Part shown: positions 10,271-19,626 of the stretch, piece by piece | Position numbering within the stretch: position 1 is the first letter of the stretch | How the letters are laid out: each line of letters opens with the position of its first letter | Source: Terriglobia bacterium | GTDB taxonomy: Bacteria > Acidobacteriota > Polarisedimenticolia > Polarisedimenticolales > JAIQFR01 | Length of the DNA stretch: 64,000 nt | Direction of reading: 5' to 3' | Assembly (NCBI GenBank): GCA_963748015.1 | Contig: CAVVHE010000005.1 | Location: 192,001-256,000 of the forward strand | Program-made: the position numbers and the translations under genes | Notes under the pieces: model-generated | Database searches by the model: none | Told to the model about the DNA's origin: nothing | What the model saw: the letters and a program-made list of their open reading frames with translations, nothing else

Positions 10271-11587
10271 ATGTCTTGCAAGAGCGCGAGTGAAACCCGG
10301 GGCACCCTGCGGAAGGCGGTCTGCGTCCTCCTGCAGAGCCACTACGACATGGACATCAGGGTTCGCCGAAAGGCGGAGGCCCTGATCGAGGCTGGCTATG
10401 CTGTGGACGTACTGGCGCTTCGCGGGCCTGGTCGCGATCGCAAGGCCTATTCCTTGAATGGGGTCCAGGTGCACACGATCTCCTTGGGAAAGGAGCGCGG
10501 ATCGCTTGGACGCTACGTGTTCGAATATGTAGCCTTCCTTGTGTGGTCCCTCTTCAAGGTCAGGGCGATGATGGAGCAGCGACAATACACTGTCGTTGAT
10601 GTCAACAACCTCCCGGACTTCCTCGTCTTCGGAGCTTGGTGCGCCAAGCGGCGTGGGGCGAGGGTGGTTTTTGACATGCACGAAATCACTCCGGAGTTCT
10701 TCATGTCGAAGTATGGCGTGGGCGATCAGCACTGGCTGGTGCGGCTCTGCCGGAGGATCGAGCGCGCGTGCCTGCGTTATGCCGACCACGTGATCGCCAT
10801 CAACGAGCCCATCCAGAGGCTTCTCGAGCAGCGCGGTCTTCCCGCCGGCAAATGTACCATCGTGATGAACTCGGCGGATGAAGGGCTATTTCAGAAGTCT
10901 TCCGCTTGTCCGACTCCACCTGATCCTTCCGAGGGGCGTGCGACCTACGTGATGATGTATCATGGTACACTGACGCGCATCTATGGGCTGGACATCGCGC
11001 TGGAGTCTTTCGCGCTGGCTCAGGAGACCCTGCCCGGCGCCGAGTTCTGGATCCTTGGTCGGGGGCCCGAGCAGGATTATCTGGAGAGCCAGGCGCGACG
11101 ACTCGGCCTCGAGGGCAAGGTTCGGTTTCTTGGGTCCGTTCCGCCGGGGGACATCGCAGGCTGGCTGCGGCGTTGCGATGTCGGGGTGCTGCCGACGCGG
11201 CAGGACGTGTTCCTCGACCTGTCATTTTCCAACAAGCTCTCGGAGTACATCATCAGCGACAAGGCGGTCATCGTTTCGCGCCTCCGGACCATCCGGCACT
11301 ACTTTTCCGAAGAGGCCCTCGCCTTTTTCAAGCCGCACGATGTGAACGATCTGGCGCGACAGATGTCTACGCTCTATCACGACCCAGCCTTGCGCTCAAG
11401 ACTGGCGGCGAGGGCGCGGGAGAATTACCGCCCCCTGTGCTGGGCTGTTATGAAGCAACGATACGTCACAGCCGTAAATTGTCTCGCCGGTGCGAAGGAT
11501 GTTGGGCTTGTGGATCAGCTTCCGGTTGGTGTCTCGAAGCAGCATGAGGAAAGGGCAAGGCAGGCAAAGTGCGCTCTGAGATCATGA
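10271..11587 (+). CDS. GT4-family glycosyltransferase
   Basis: GT-B motifs 'DIRVRRKAEAL', 'VFDMHE', 'YHGTL', 'SNKLSEY'. Confidence 0.85.
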   Translation: MSCKSASETRGTLRKAVCVLLQSHYDMDIRVRRKAEALIEAGYAVDVLALRGPGRDRKAYSLNGVQVHTISLGKERGSLGRYVFEYVAFLVWSLFKVRAMMEQRQYTVVDVNNLPDFLVFGAWCAKRRGARVVFDMHEITPEFFMSKYGVGDQHWLVRLCRRIERACLRYADHVIAINEPIQRLLEQRGLPAGKCTIVMNSADEGLFQKSSACPTPPDPSEGRATYVMMYHGTLTRIYGLDIALESFALAQETLPGAEFWILGRGPEQDYLESQARRLGLEGKVRFLGSVPPGDIAGWLRRCDVGVLPTRQDVFLDLSFSNKLSEYIISDKAVIVSRLRTIRHYFSEEALAFFKPHDVNDLARQMSTLYHDPALRSRLAARARENYRPLCWAVMKQRYVTAVNCLAGAKDVGLVDQLPVGVSKQHEERARQAKCALRS

Positions 11588-12564
11588 CACGCCGTCCGAC
11601 GTCCGAGCAGGTCGGCGGATCCCGTCCGGGCAGGCGGTGCCGCTACGTCTTGGTGACTCCCGCCCGGAACGAGGATGAGTTCATTGGCAGGACCATCGCC
11701 TCCATGGTTTCCCAGACGGTCCGCCCCGAGCGGTGGGTGATCGTCAGCGATGGATCTACCGACGGCACAGATGACATCGTCACGTCGCATCTCGGGCAGC
11801 ATCGCTGGATCGAGTTAGTCAAAATGACTGAGCGCAAGGAGCGGCATTTCGCAGGCAAAGTCCAGGCTTTCAATGCGGGTTACGCGCGATTGAAGGGGCT
11901 CGATTTTGAGGTCATCGGCAACCTCGACGCAGACGTGTCCTTCGAGCCTGACTATGTCGAGTATTTGCTCGACCAATTTGCCGCCAACCCACGTCTTGGG
12001 GTTGCCGGTACGAACCGTTGGGAGGGTTCGCTGATGTACGACTTCCGGTTCAGCAATGTCGAGGATGTTGCGGGGGCCTGCCAGTTGTTCAGGAGGGAGT
12101 GCTTCGAGGCCATCGGCGGTTATCAACCGATCCGGGGTGGGGGCATCGATCTGGTTGCGATGTTGACGGCGAGAATGCGGGGCTGGGAAACGAGAACCTT
12201 CACCGAGCGGATCCTGCGGCATCACCGTCCCTCCGGGACTGCAAGCGCCGGGCGCTGGAAGACGCATTATATCGACGGACGCAAGGATTACATGTTCGGA
12301 AGTCACCCATTGTGGGAGCTGTTCCGGACCTTCTACCGCATGAAACGGAATCCCTATGTCTTGTCCGGTTTGCTTTTGTTCAGTGGTTATCTGTGGTCGA
12401 TGCTCAGCGGTGTGCAACGTCCCATTTCGCCGGAGTTGATTCGCTTCCGACGCCGGGAACAAATGAGTCGGTTGCATAGATTCCTGCTGACTCTCCCCTT
12501 CCTCAACCGAGGGGATGCAGGGGTCCCCACCAACCCGGCAATTCGGCGAGATGTTGATTATTAA
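11584..12564 (+). CDS. GT2-family glycosyltransferase
   Basis: Motifs 'VTPARNE', 'VSDGSTD', 'LDAD', 'AGACQLFRR'. Confidence 0.87.
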   Translation: MTRRPTSEQVGGSRPGRRCRYVLVTPARNEDEFIGRTIASMVSQTVRPERWVIVSDGSTDGTDDIVTSHLGQHRWIELVKMTERKERHFAGKVQAFNAGYARLKGLDFEVIGNLDADVSFEPDYVEYLLDQFAANPRLGVAGTNRWEGSLMYDFRFSNVEDVAGACQLFRRECFEAIGGYQPIRGGGIDLVAMLTARMRGWETRTFTERILRHHRPSGTASAGRWKTHYIDGRKDYMFGSHPLWELFRTFYRMKRNPYVLSGLLLFSGYLWSMLSGVQRPISPELIRFRRREQMSRLHRFLLTLPFLNRGDAGVPTNPAIRRDVDY

Positions 12565-13276
12565 CGCCGACGACTGGGGGGGGTGGCGACAAGCCACTGA
12601 TTCGGCATTAGCCTGTGTCGGCTGCGGGAGGATTACAGCCGTCACCGCGATGGTCTTCATGGATGATTCCGAGCGAGCGGCCGAGTTGGCGATCGAGGGT
12701 GGGCTTGACGTTGGACTGCACCTCAACTTCACAGCGCCGTTTACCGGGCCCCAAATTTCTCCCTTGTTGCGACAATCCCAAGCTCTGGTTCAGCGATTCC
12801 TGAAGCGGAGCAAGTACGCAGTCGTTGTCTACCATCCCCTTTTGAGGCGGGAGTTCCGTTATCTATACCAAGCTCAGGTGGAAGAGTTCATGAGGCTTTA
12901 TAGCCGGCCACCATCACACGTCGATGGCCATCAGCACAAGCACCTTTGCGCCAACATGCTTCTGGAATCGATCATTCCCCCAGGGCAGATGGTGCGCCGG
13001 AGCTTTTCGTTCTGGCCTGGCGAGAAGGGTTGGCTGAATCGGTCATACCGGAGATTGGTTGACACGTGGCTTGCCAGACGCTATCGAACCACAGACTTCT
13101 TCTTTTCGTTGCTGGAGTGCCTGCGGTTGAACCGACTTGACCGCGTCGCCGGACTTTCCAGGACCGCCAACGTGGAGCTCATGACACATCCTGAAATTCC
13201 AGACGAGCGTGCATTTCTCCAAAGTGACGAGTATTCAGCCTGGGTTAGGGATCTCCCCAGAGGGACTTATGCCTAG
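12551..13276 (+). CDS. ChbG/HpnK (YdjC)-family deacetylase
   Basis: Motifs 'LIINADDWG', 'VGLHLN', 'HVDGHQH', 'ELMTHP'. Confidence 0.88.
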   Translation: MLIINADDWGGWRQATDSALACVGCGRITAVTAMVFMDDSERAAELAIEGGLDVGLHLNFTAPFTGPQISPLLRQSQALVQRFLKRSKYAVVVYHPLLRREFRYLYQAQVEEFMRLYSRPPSHVDGHQHKHLCANMLLESIIPPGQMVRRSFSFWPGEKGWLNRSYRRLVDTWLARRYRTTDFFFSLLECLRLNRLDRVAGLSRTANVELMTHPEIPDERAFLQSDEYSAWVRDLPRGTYA

Positions 13277-13305
13277 CTGTGAGGTGCGCATGTCACCCCG
13301 ACATA

Positions 13306-14295
13306 ATGAGCGGCAAGGCATATAGGGTTGAGAACGCCACTGAGGTGAATGGCAGAGGTCAAGCGATTAGTCCTCGATCGGCTTGCATCGACGGTCGAAC
13401 AGTTTTGGTTGAAGGAAGAGTCATCAAGATTGCGTCCATCTTTGATGAGCAGTGGATAGAGGGGGCATGTCTCGAAGAGCCAAGGCCATTTATAGACGAA
13501 CTGCAGAAACGGCGAACGGGAGCGGACATCTTCGTCTTTACTCAGCAACTACCGGACCTCAAGCCGAGGCACGAGTACCATATCGAATGGGACAACATCG
13601 CCGTCATCCCCGTCAGCAGCTATGAGACTTGGTTTAAGGACTCGATCGAGTACGACGTACGCAAGGCAGTTAAGAAGGCGGTGAGGATGGGGGTGCAAGT
13701 GAAAGCCGTCAGTTTCTCGGATGAGTTTGTGAATGGGATTCAACAGATATATAATGAGAGTCCCGTGAGGCAAGGGAAGTACTTCTGGCATTATGGCAAG
13801 GATTTCAAAACTGTTAAGCTGGAAAACTCAACCTACCTGGACAGGAGTGAGTTCATTGGCGCCTACTATCAAAATGAGCTGATCGGTTACATCCGACTGG
13901 TGTATATTGGTTGCGTGGCGAGCACGTTGCAAGTGATCGCGATGAACAGGCACTTTGACAAGAAACCGGTCAACGCCCTTATTGCCAAAGCAGTTGAAAT
14001 TTGCGAGCAGAAGAAGATGAGATATTTAGTGTATGACAGGTATGACTTTGGAAGCAAAGACAAGAGCTCCTTTACCGAGTTCAAGCGCCGCAATGGATTT
14101 CAAAAAATGCCTTTTCCGCGGTATTTTGTTCCGCTGACCCTCACAGGTGAACTCGCGCTAAGAATAGGGCTTCACCGAGGCATCAAGGAACTGACTCCGT
14201 CCGGGCTAAGATCCCTTTACGTGCGGTGCCGAGCCAAAGTTCTGCAGCTAAATTCGGTTCAATCGTACCTGAAGGGGAAGTTGCGTCCTGATTAG
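13306..14295 (+). CDS. FemAB-like/GNAT-fold protein (lower GC than neighbours)
   Basis: 'VRKAVKKAVRMGVQV', 'NALIAKAVE' and 'SFTEFKRRNGF' resemble Fem/Acetyltransf_6 motifs. The family assignment is inferred. Confidence 0.6.
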   Translation: MSGKAYRVENATEVNGRGQAISPRSACIDGRTVLVEGRVIKIASIFDEQWIEGACLEEPRPFIDELQKRRTGADIFVFTQQLPDLKPRHEYHIEWDNIAVIPVSSYETWFKDSIEYDVRKAVKKAVRMGVQVKAVSFSDEFVNGIQQIYNESPVRQGKYFWHYGKDFKTVKLENSTYLDRSEFIGAYYQNELIGYIRLVYIGCVASTLQVIAMNRHFDKKPVNALIAKAVEICEQKKMRYLVYDRYDFGSKDKSSFTEFKRRNGFQKMPFPRYFVPLTLTGELALRIGLHRGIKELTPSGLRSLYVRCRAKVLQLNSVQSYLKGKLRPD

Positions 14296-14357
14296 GGGCA
14301 CAAAATGTGCGCACCATGTTTCTGCGTGTGTCTACGAGGCGCATTGGGTATTCGGTT

Positions 14358-14432
14358 TCCAGAGTAGCTCAATGGTAGAGCAGCCGGCTGTTTACCGGAA
14401 GGTTATTGGTTCGAATCCTTTCTCTGGAGCCA
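14358..14432 (+). tRNA. tRNA-Asn(GTT), structurally atypical (U37, G27.A43, U50.U64, U51.U63), CCA encoded
   Basis: Manual cloverleaf: TCCAGAG TA GCTC AATGGTA GAGC A GCCGG CT GTT TA CCGGA AGGTT ATTGG TTCGAAT CCTTT CTCTGGA G CCA (75 nt). Confidence 0.9.
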
Positions 14433-14532
14433 ATCTTCAGGCGGTCAAGCTGGAGTGTGGATATGGAGATCGGTTAGAAAGCATGGATTGCAAGATCAGT
14501 ACGATCTTCTTGTCCTTAACGGCCTATTAAGT

Positions 14533-16380
14533 ATGGTTTTGGTTGCTCCACGAGTATTTGGTGTTGCTGGCATAGTGGGACGAGGTCCGAGCAGTCCCGC
14601 AAAAGCTGAGCTGCAGGAAATGGCGTCGGCGATGGTTCAGGAAGTGTGGCACAAAGGAGGCGTTTATGAGAATGCTGCGACCGGGGTTCAGATTGGTTGG
14701 GTCACCCATTGCAACACAAGTTCCGGAAGCCAGTTAATCTGGAACGAAACCAAGGATGTGGGGCTAGTGCTGGCCGGCGAATGCTTTCCAGACCCTCGCG
14801 ACATCGAAGACTTGCAGGGGAAAGGGCATCGGGTTGACGCTGAGGGTGCAAGCTACCTGGTCCATTTGTATGAGGAGTTCGGGTCTGGCTTCCTTGAAAG
14901 AGTCAATGGCTGGTTCAGCGGAGTCCTCATCGATCTTCGTAAGCAAACGATTGCCCTGTTCAACGACCGATACGGCCTTAATCGGATCTACTTTCACGAG
15001 AACTCGGAGGGGTTCTATTTCGCAACCGAAGCCAAAGCGTTGCTCAGAATCCTGCCGCATTTGCGACGGCTTGACCCCCGCAGCCTCGGTGAGGTGCTGA
15101 CGTGCGGCTGCGCGCTGCAAAACCGGACGCTCTTCTCCGGTGTCTCGCTGCTGCCTCCTGGCTCGATGTGGACGTGCACGCGGGGTCAAGAGTGGAGAAA
15201 GGAAAGCTACTTCAGTAAGGCAGTGTGGGAGGAGCAGACTCCACTTGACTGCAACGAGTTCCACGAGAGCTTGAAGGCGACCTTCAGCAGGGTGTTACCG
15301 AGATATCTTCGCCGCGCGCCTTCAATTGCGATGTCCTTGACCGGCGGGTTGGACGGACGACTGATCATGGCTTGGGCGGGCTGTGCCCCGGGGACGATGC
15401 CCTGTTACACGTTTGGCGGCCTCTACCGCGACTCTGCAGATGTCGCCATTGCGCGTCAGATCGCGCACGCATGCCGACAGTCGCATGAGGTCATATCGGT
15501 TGACCGCAGGTTTCTAGGCGAGTTCCCGAAGCTCGCCGCCAGAGCCGTGTATGGGTCCGACGGTGCCATGGATGTGACCGGCGCTGTCAACCTCTATGCC
15601 AACCGGATTGCGCAAGATATTTCCCCCGTGCGTCTGACCGGCAACTACGGCTCCGAAATCCTGAGAGGCTGCGTCGCTTTAAGACCGCGCGCTCCGAACA
15701 GGGAGCTATTCAGCACCGATCTTTCACAGTACCTCGATCGTGCAGAGTCCACCTACGCCGCGGAAGCCCGAGGTCACAGGCTTTCGTTCATCGCGTTCAA
15801 GCAGATACCGTGGCACCACGGGGCGCTGTTTGCCGTCGAGCAAAGCCAGATGGCGCTTCGTTCGCCGTACCTGGATGCGGAACTTGTCGGTCTGATGTAT
15901 CGGGCACATCCGAGCCTGATCTCCAGTGTGAAGCCGTCACTTTGGCTGATCCGGGAGGGCAACCCGGTGCTGAGCCGGATCCCCACGGATCACGGGATCA
16001 TTCAAGGACGCATCCCCATGCAGACCGCATGTCGGAGGCTCTGGCAGGACTTTACCCTGAAGGCGGAATACGCCTACGATTCTGGGATGCCCTCCTGGCT
16101 CGCCAAGATCGATCGTGCGATGGGGCCGCTGCACGGCGAGAGGCTCTTCCTCGGCCGGCACAAGTTCACCCATTTCCGCACCTGGTATCGTCGGGAACTC
16201 TCCGAGTACATCCGGGACATTCTCTTGGACTCCCAGACACTCAACCGGGAGTTTTTTCAGCGACCTTACTTGGAGAGCATGGTCAACAACCACACAAGGG
16301 GAATCTGCAACCATACGGATGACATCCATCGCGCCCTCACCCTCGAACTGATCCAGAGGCACCTGATTGCCATGAATTAG
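14533..16380 (+). CDS. Asparagine synthase (AsnB)-like ATP-dependent amide ligase lacking the N-terminal Cys
   Basis: Ntn-like domain ('NGWFSGV', 'NDRYG', 'FATEAKAL') and PP-loop 'SLTGGLDGR', 'LTGNYGSE', 'RSPYLD'. Start is uncertain. Confidence 0.82.
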   Translation: MVLVAPRVFGVAGIVGRGPSSPAKAELQEMASAMVQEVWHKGGVYENAATGVQIGWVTHCNTSSGSQLIWNETKDVGLVLAGECFPDPRDIEDLQGKGHRVDAEGASYLVHLYEEFGSGFLERVNGWFSGVLIDLRKQTIALFNDRYGLNRIYFHENSEGFYFATEAKALLRILPHLRRLDPRSLGEVLTCGCALQNRTLFSGVSLLPPGSMWTCTRGQEWRKESYFSKAVWEEQTPLDCNEFHESLKATFSRVLPRYLRRAPSIAMSLTGGLDGRLIMAWAGCAPGTMPCYTFGGLYRDSADVAIARQIAHACRQSHEVISVDRRFLGEFPKLAARAVYGSDGAMDVTGAVNLYANRIAQDISPVRLTGNYGSEILRGCVALRPRAPNRELFSTDLSQYLDRAESTYAAEARGHRLSFIAFKQIPWHHGALFAVEQSQMALRSPYLDAELVGLMYRAHPSLISSVKPSLWLIREGNPVLSRIPTDHGIIQGRIPMQTACRRLWQDFTLKAEYAYDSGMPSWLAKIDRAMGPLHGERLFLGRHKFTHFRTWYRRELSEYIRDILLDSQTLNREFFQRPYLESMVNNHTRGICNHTDDIHRALTLELIQRHLIAMN

Positions 16381-16521
16381 CGGCCGATTCTTGGGGCGCT
16401 CACTCTAACCCGGCACGCTCCACATCTGCACCGATTGTACAAAGCCAGTCTCCAGGGCGGCGGGGCTCCATCGTAAGGCGCCAGCAGCCCCTACCTCGCA
16501 GAAGTTCAGCTTCCGTACGCC

Positions 16522-17412
16522 ATGCATGTTTGCGTTTGCATCTGTACTTACCGGCGCTGCTCGTATTTGAGGCGATTGCTACGAGAATTGATCAGCCAGA
16601 TCACGGACGGCCTTTTCACATTCTCGATCGTTGTGGTTGACAACGACACCCAGCAGTCGGCAAAGCCGGTGGTCGATGAGTTTTTCGGACGACCGCACAT
16701 TGAGATCAACTACCACGTTGAAGAGCGGCAGAACATCGCACTGGCCCGGAACAAGGCCGTCCAACACTCCAAAGGCGATTATGTTGCATTCATCGATGAC
16801 GATGAGTTTCCGACGTCCAACTGGCTCCAGTTGCTGTTGCGCGCGTGCGACCGGTACCAGGCCGATGGGGCGCTTGGCCCGGTAAAACCGCACTATGACA
16901 CAACGCCGCCTCGGTGGGTTGTCAAGGGAGGCTTCTATGATCGCCCCAGCTATCCAACCGGACTCGTGATTGACTGGCGGAAGGGCAGGACCGGCAACAC
17001 CCTGCTCCGGCGGCAACTGCTTTTGGCCGAGCATCTGCCATTCAACCCGGAATTCCTCTCGGGGGAGGATCAAGACTTGTTCCGCAGGTTGATTCAAAAG
17101 GGGCATGTTTTTGTCTGGTGCCACGAGGCCATGGCCTATGAATCGGTTCCTCCACAACGCTGGCGACTGTCGTTCATGTTGCGAAGAGCCCTGCTCCGCG
17201 GCCAGGTCGCCGCACTCGAGCCTTCTGCGGGCCTGCTCGACACGGTGAAGTCCGGTCTTGCCGTGGTGCTCTACGCGGTCGCGCTCCCATTTCTCCTGCT
17301 CGCGGGGCTTCATGTGTTCATCCAATACTTGGTCAAGCTGTGTGATCATCTCGGCAAGCTTCTGGGCATTTTGGGGCTGAATCCGGTCAAGGAGAGCTAC
17401 GTTACCGAATAG
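16522..17412 (+). CDS. GT2-family glycosyltransferase (ExoM-like)
   Basis: Motifs 'VCICTYRR', 'VVDND', 'IALARN', 'FIDDDE', 'GED'. Confidence 0.87.
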   Translation: MHVCVCICTYRRCSYLRRLLRELISQITDGLFTFSIVVVDNDTQQSAKPVVDEFFGRPHIEINYHVEERQNIALARNKAVQHSKGDYVAFIDDDEFPTSNWLQLLLRACDRYQADGALGPVKPHYDTTPPRWVVKGGFYDRPSYPTGLVIDWRKGRTGNTLLRRQLLLAEHLPFNPEFLSGEDQDLFRRLIQKGHVFVWCHEAMAYESVPPQRWRLSFMLRRALLRGQVAALEPSAGLLDTVKSGLAVVLYAVALPFLLLAGLHVFIQYLVKLCDHLGKLLGILGLNPVKESYVTE

Positions 17413-17441
17413 GTGGGAGGCGCCATGGAGGTGCGCCAGTC

Positions 17442-18497
17442 GTGAATCCATCTGAATCCATAGCACAGCCTGAGGACCTTGTCCTAGTCACCGGTGCAAC
17501 CGGTTTTGTCGGGTTACGGGTGGTCGAGCGGTTGCTGGGGCTTGGCTATCGTAACGTCCGTTGCCTTGTGCGTCCGTCGAGCGATGTGACTGGCTTGGAA
17601 CAGCTTGCCGACCGGTGTCAGCGGGAAGCCCGAATCGAGCTCGTGCGGGGTAACCTTCTCTCTCGCCCTGACTGTCTCGATGCTGCGAAGGATGCCGTGG
17701 TGGTTTACCATTTGGCCGTGGGGGCCGGCGGGAAGTCGTTTCCGGACCTGTTCATGAACTCGGTGTTGACCACCCGCAATCTGCTGGATGCAGCACTGCA
17801 TCACCATTGTGTGAGGCGGTTTGTCAATGTCAGCAGCTTCGCTGTCTACTCGAACCGGGACGACCGTCGGCCACCGGTGCTGGATGAATCCTCAGCCGTC
17901 GAAGAACATCCTGAACTCAGGGGCGAGGCCTACTGCTATGCTAAGGTCAAACAGGATCAGATCGTGATGCAATATGGGATCCAGCACAACCTGCCATACG
18001 CGATCGTTCGCCCGGGCGTTGTCTATGGGCCGGGCAAGAAGGGGATCGTCGGAAGGGTGGGGATCGGGACGTTCGGTATCTTCCTGCACCTGGCTGGAGG
18101 GAACCGGGTCCCGTTGACCTACGTGGAGAACTGTGCTGAGGCCATCGTGCTGGCGGGCCTCAAACCCGGCATTGATGGCGAGGTGTTCAACATCATTGAC
18201 GACGACCTGCCAACCAGCCGCCAGATACTGCGTCTTTACAAGAGCGAGGTGCAGCGCTTCAGGTCCATCTATGTCCCTCACCTCCTCAGCTACTTGTTGT
18301 TTTATGCCTGGGAGAAGTATTCGTCCTGGTCACAAGGGCAGTTACCGCCGACCTTCAATCGCCGGGCGTGGCATGCCTACTGGAAGGGGAACTGCTATTC
18401 GAACCTGAAACTAAAGCAGTTCCTTGGTTGGAAGCCCCGGGTTACGACCACGGAGGGAATCCAACGATACTTGGCGGCGTGTCGAGAGGATAGCTAA
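17442..18497 (+). CDS. NAD-dependent epimerase/dehydratase (extended SDR)
   Basis: Motifs 'VTGATGFVG', 'VSSFAVY', 'YCYAK' (YxxxK), 'RPGVVYGPG'. Confidence 0.88.
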   Translation: MNPSESIAQPEDLVLVTGATGFVGLRVVERLLGLGYRNVRCLVRPSSDVTGLEQLADRCQREARIELVRGNLLSRPDCLDAAKDAVVVYHLAVGAGGKSFPDLFMNSVLTTRNLLDAALHHHCVRRFVNVSSFAVYSNRDDRRPPVLDESSAVEEHPELRGEAYCYAKVKQDQIVMQYGIQHNLPYAIVRPGVVYGPGKKGIVGRVGIGTFGIFLHLAGGNRVPLTYVENCAEAIVLAGLKPGIDGEVFNIIDDDLPTSRQILRLYKSEVQRFRSIYVPHLLSYLLFYAWEKYSSWSQGQLPPTFNRRAWHAYWKGNCYSNLKLKQFLGWKPRVTTTEGIQRYLAACREDS

Positions 18498-18498
18498 C

Positions 18499-19626
18499 GT
18501 GCTAAAGGTTGCAATCATCGGTTGCGGCAAAATCGCCGATATCCACGCCTCCCAGATTCAGAGGATTGAATCATGCGAGATCGTGGGAGTGTGTGATCGC
18601 GAAGAGTTGATGGCCGAGCAACTGGCCGAGCGATTTCACGTCAAACGATTCTACAGTGATGTGGCGGAGATGCTGCGATCCTCTCGGCCGGACGTTGTGC
18701 ATATTACAACGCCTCCGTCCAGCCACTATGCGCTCGCCAAGCAGTGTCTTGGCCAGGGATGCCACGCTTACGTGGAGAAGCCATTCACCCTGCGCGCGTG
18801 GGAGGCGGAGGAACTCATTGCGCTTGCCAACGCCAGCCATCTGAAAATGACGGTGGGCCACGATGCCCAGTATAGCCATGCCGCCAGGCGGTTGAGACAG
18901 CTCGTCAAGGGCGGCTACTTGGGAGGCGTGCCGATCCACATGGAAAGCGTGTGGTGCTATGAGTTGACCGGTCAGGCTTACGCCCGGGCGTTTCTGGGGG
19001 ATCAGCATCACTGGGTGCGAGCCCTGCCGGGTGGCCTGCTGCACAACATCATCAGTCACGGCATCGCCAAGGTGGCCGAATTCGTGCCCACTGACTCGCC
19101 TCAGGTGGTCGCGCATGGTTTCGTCAGCCCCTGCCTGCGGAGCGTGGGCGAGGCGGACCTCATCGATGAGTTGAGGGTTATCATCTCGGACGGTTGCCAG
19201 ACCACCGCCTACTTCACGTTCTCCTCGCAGATTCATCCGTCGCTTCATCGGTTCAGCATCTATGGGCCGAGACATGGGTTGATGCTGGACGAAGATCAGC
19301 AAACGGTCATCAAGCTCCGGGGTGACAGGTTGAAGAGCTATCTGGAGAAATTCCTGCCTCCGCTGGATTTCGCATGGCAACATCTTGGCTGTGTCACCCG
19401 CAGCGTCAGGCTTTTCCTCGCGAATGACTTTCACATGGAATCTGGGATCAAGTCCCTCATTGAGACATTCTACAGCTCTATCCGGTCCGGGGCGCCCCTG
19501 CCGATTGCATATCGGGAGATCCTTGTGACGGCTCGGATCATGGATGCCATATTCGACCAACTCCGCGCGGAGCGAGCGTGTATCCATGTTGCGCCAGGTC
19601 GAGTCGGATTGCTTGGGACGCCGTGA
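18499..19626 (+). CDS. Gfo/Idh/MocA-family oxidoreductase
   Basis: Motifs 'VAIIGCGKIA', 'HITTPP', 'YVEKP'. GTG start at 18499. Confidence 0.87.
   Translation: MLKVAIIGCGKIADIHASQIQRIESCEIVGVCDREELMAEQLAERFHVKRFYSDVAEMLRSSRPDVVHITTPPSSHYALAKQCLGQGCHAYVEKPFTLRAWEAEELIALANASHLKMTVGHDAQYSHAARRLRQLVKGGYLGGVPIHMESVWCYELTGQAYARAFLGDQHHWVRALPGGLLHNIISHGIAKVAEFVPTDSPQVVAHGFVSPCLRSVGEADLIDELRVIISDGCQTTAYFTFSSQIHPSLHRFSIYGPRHGLMLDEDQQTVIKLRGDRLKSYLEKFLPPLDFAWQHLGCVTRSVRLFLANDFHMESGIKSLIETFYSSIRSGAPLPIAYREILVTARIMDAIFDQLRAERACIHVAPGRVGLLGTP

Noticed and set aside
14296..14532. tRNA-Asn as a prophage or island attachment site
   Set aside because: No integrase and no duplicated tRNA 3' end were seen in the window, and the flanking genes belong to the same pathway.
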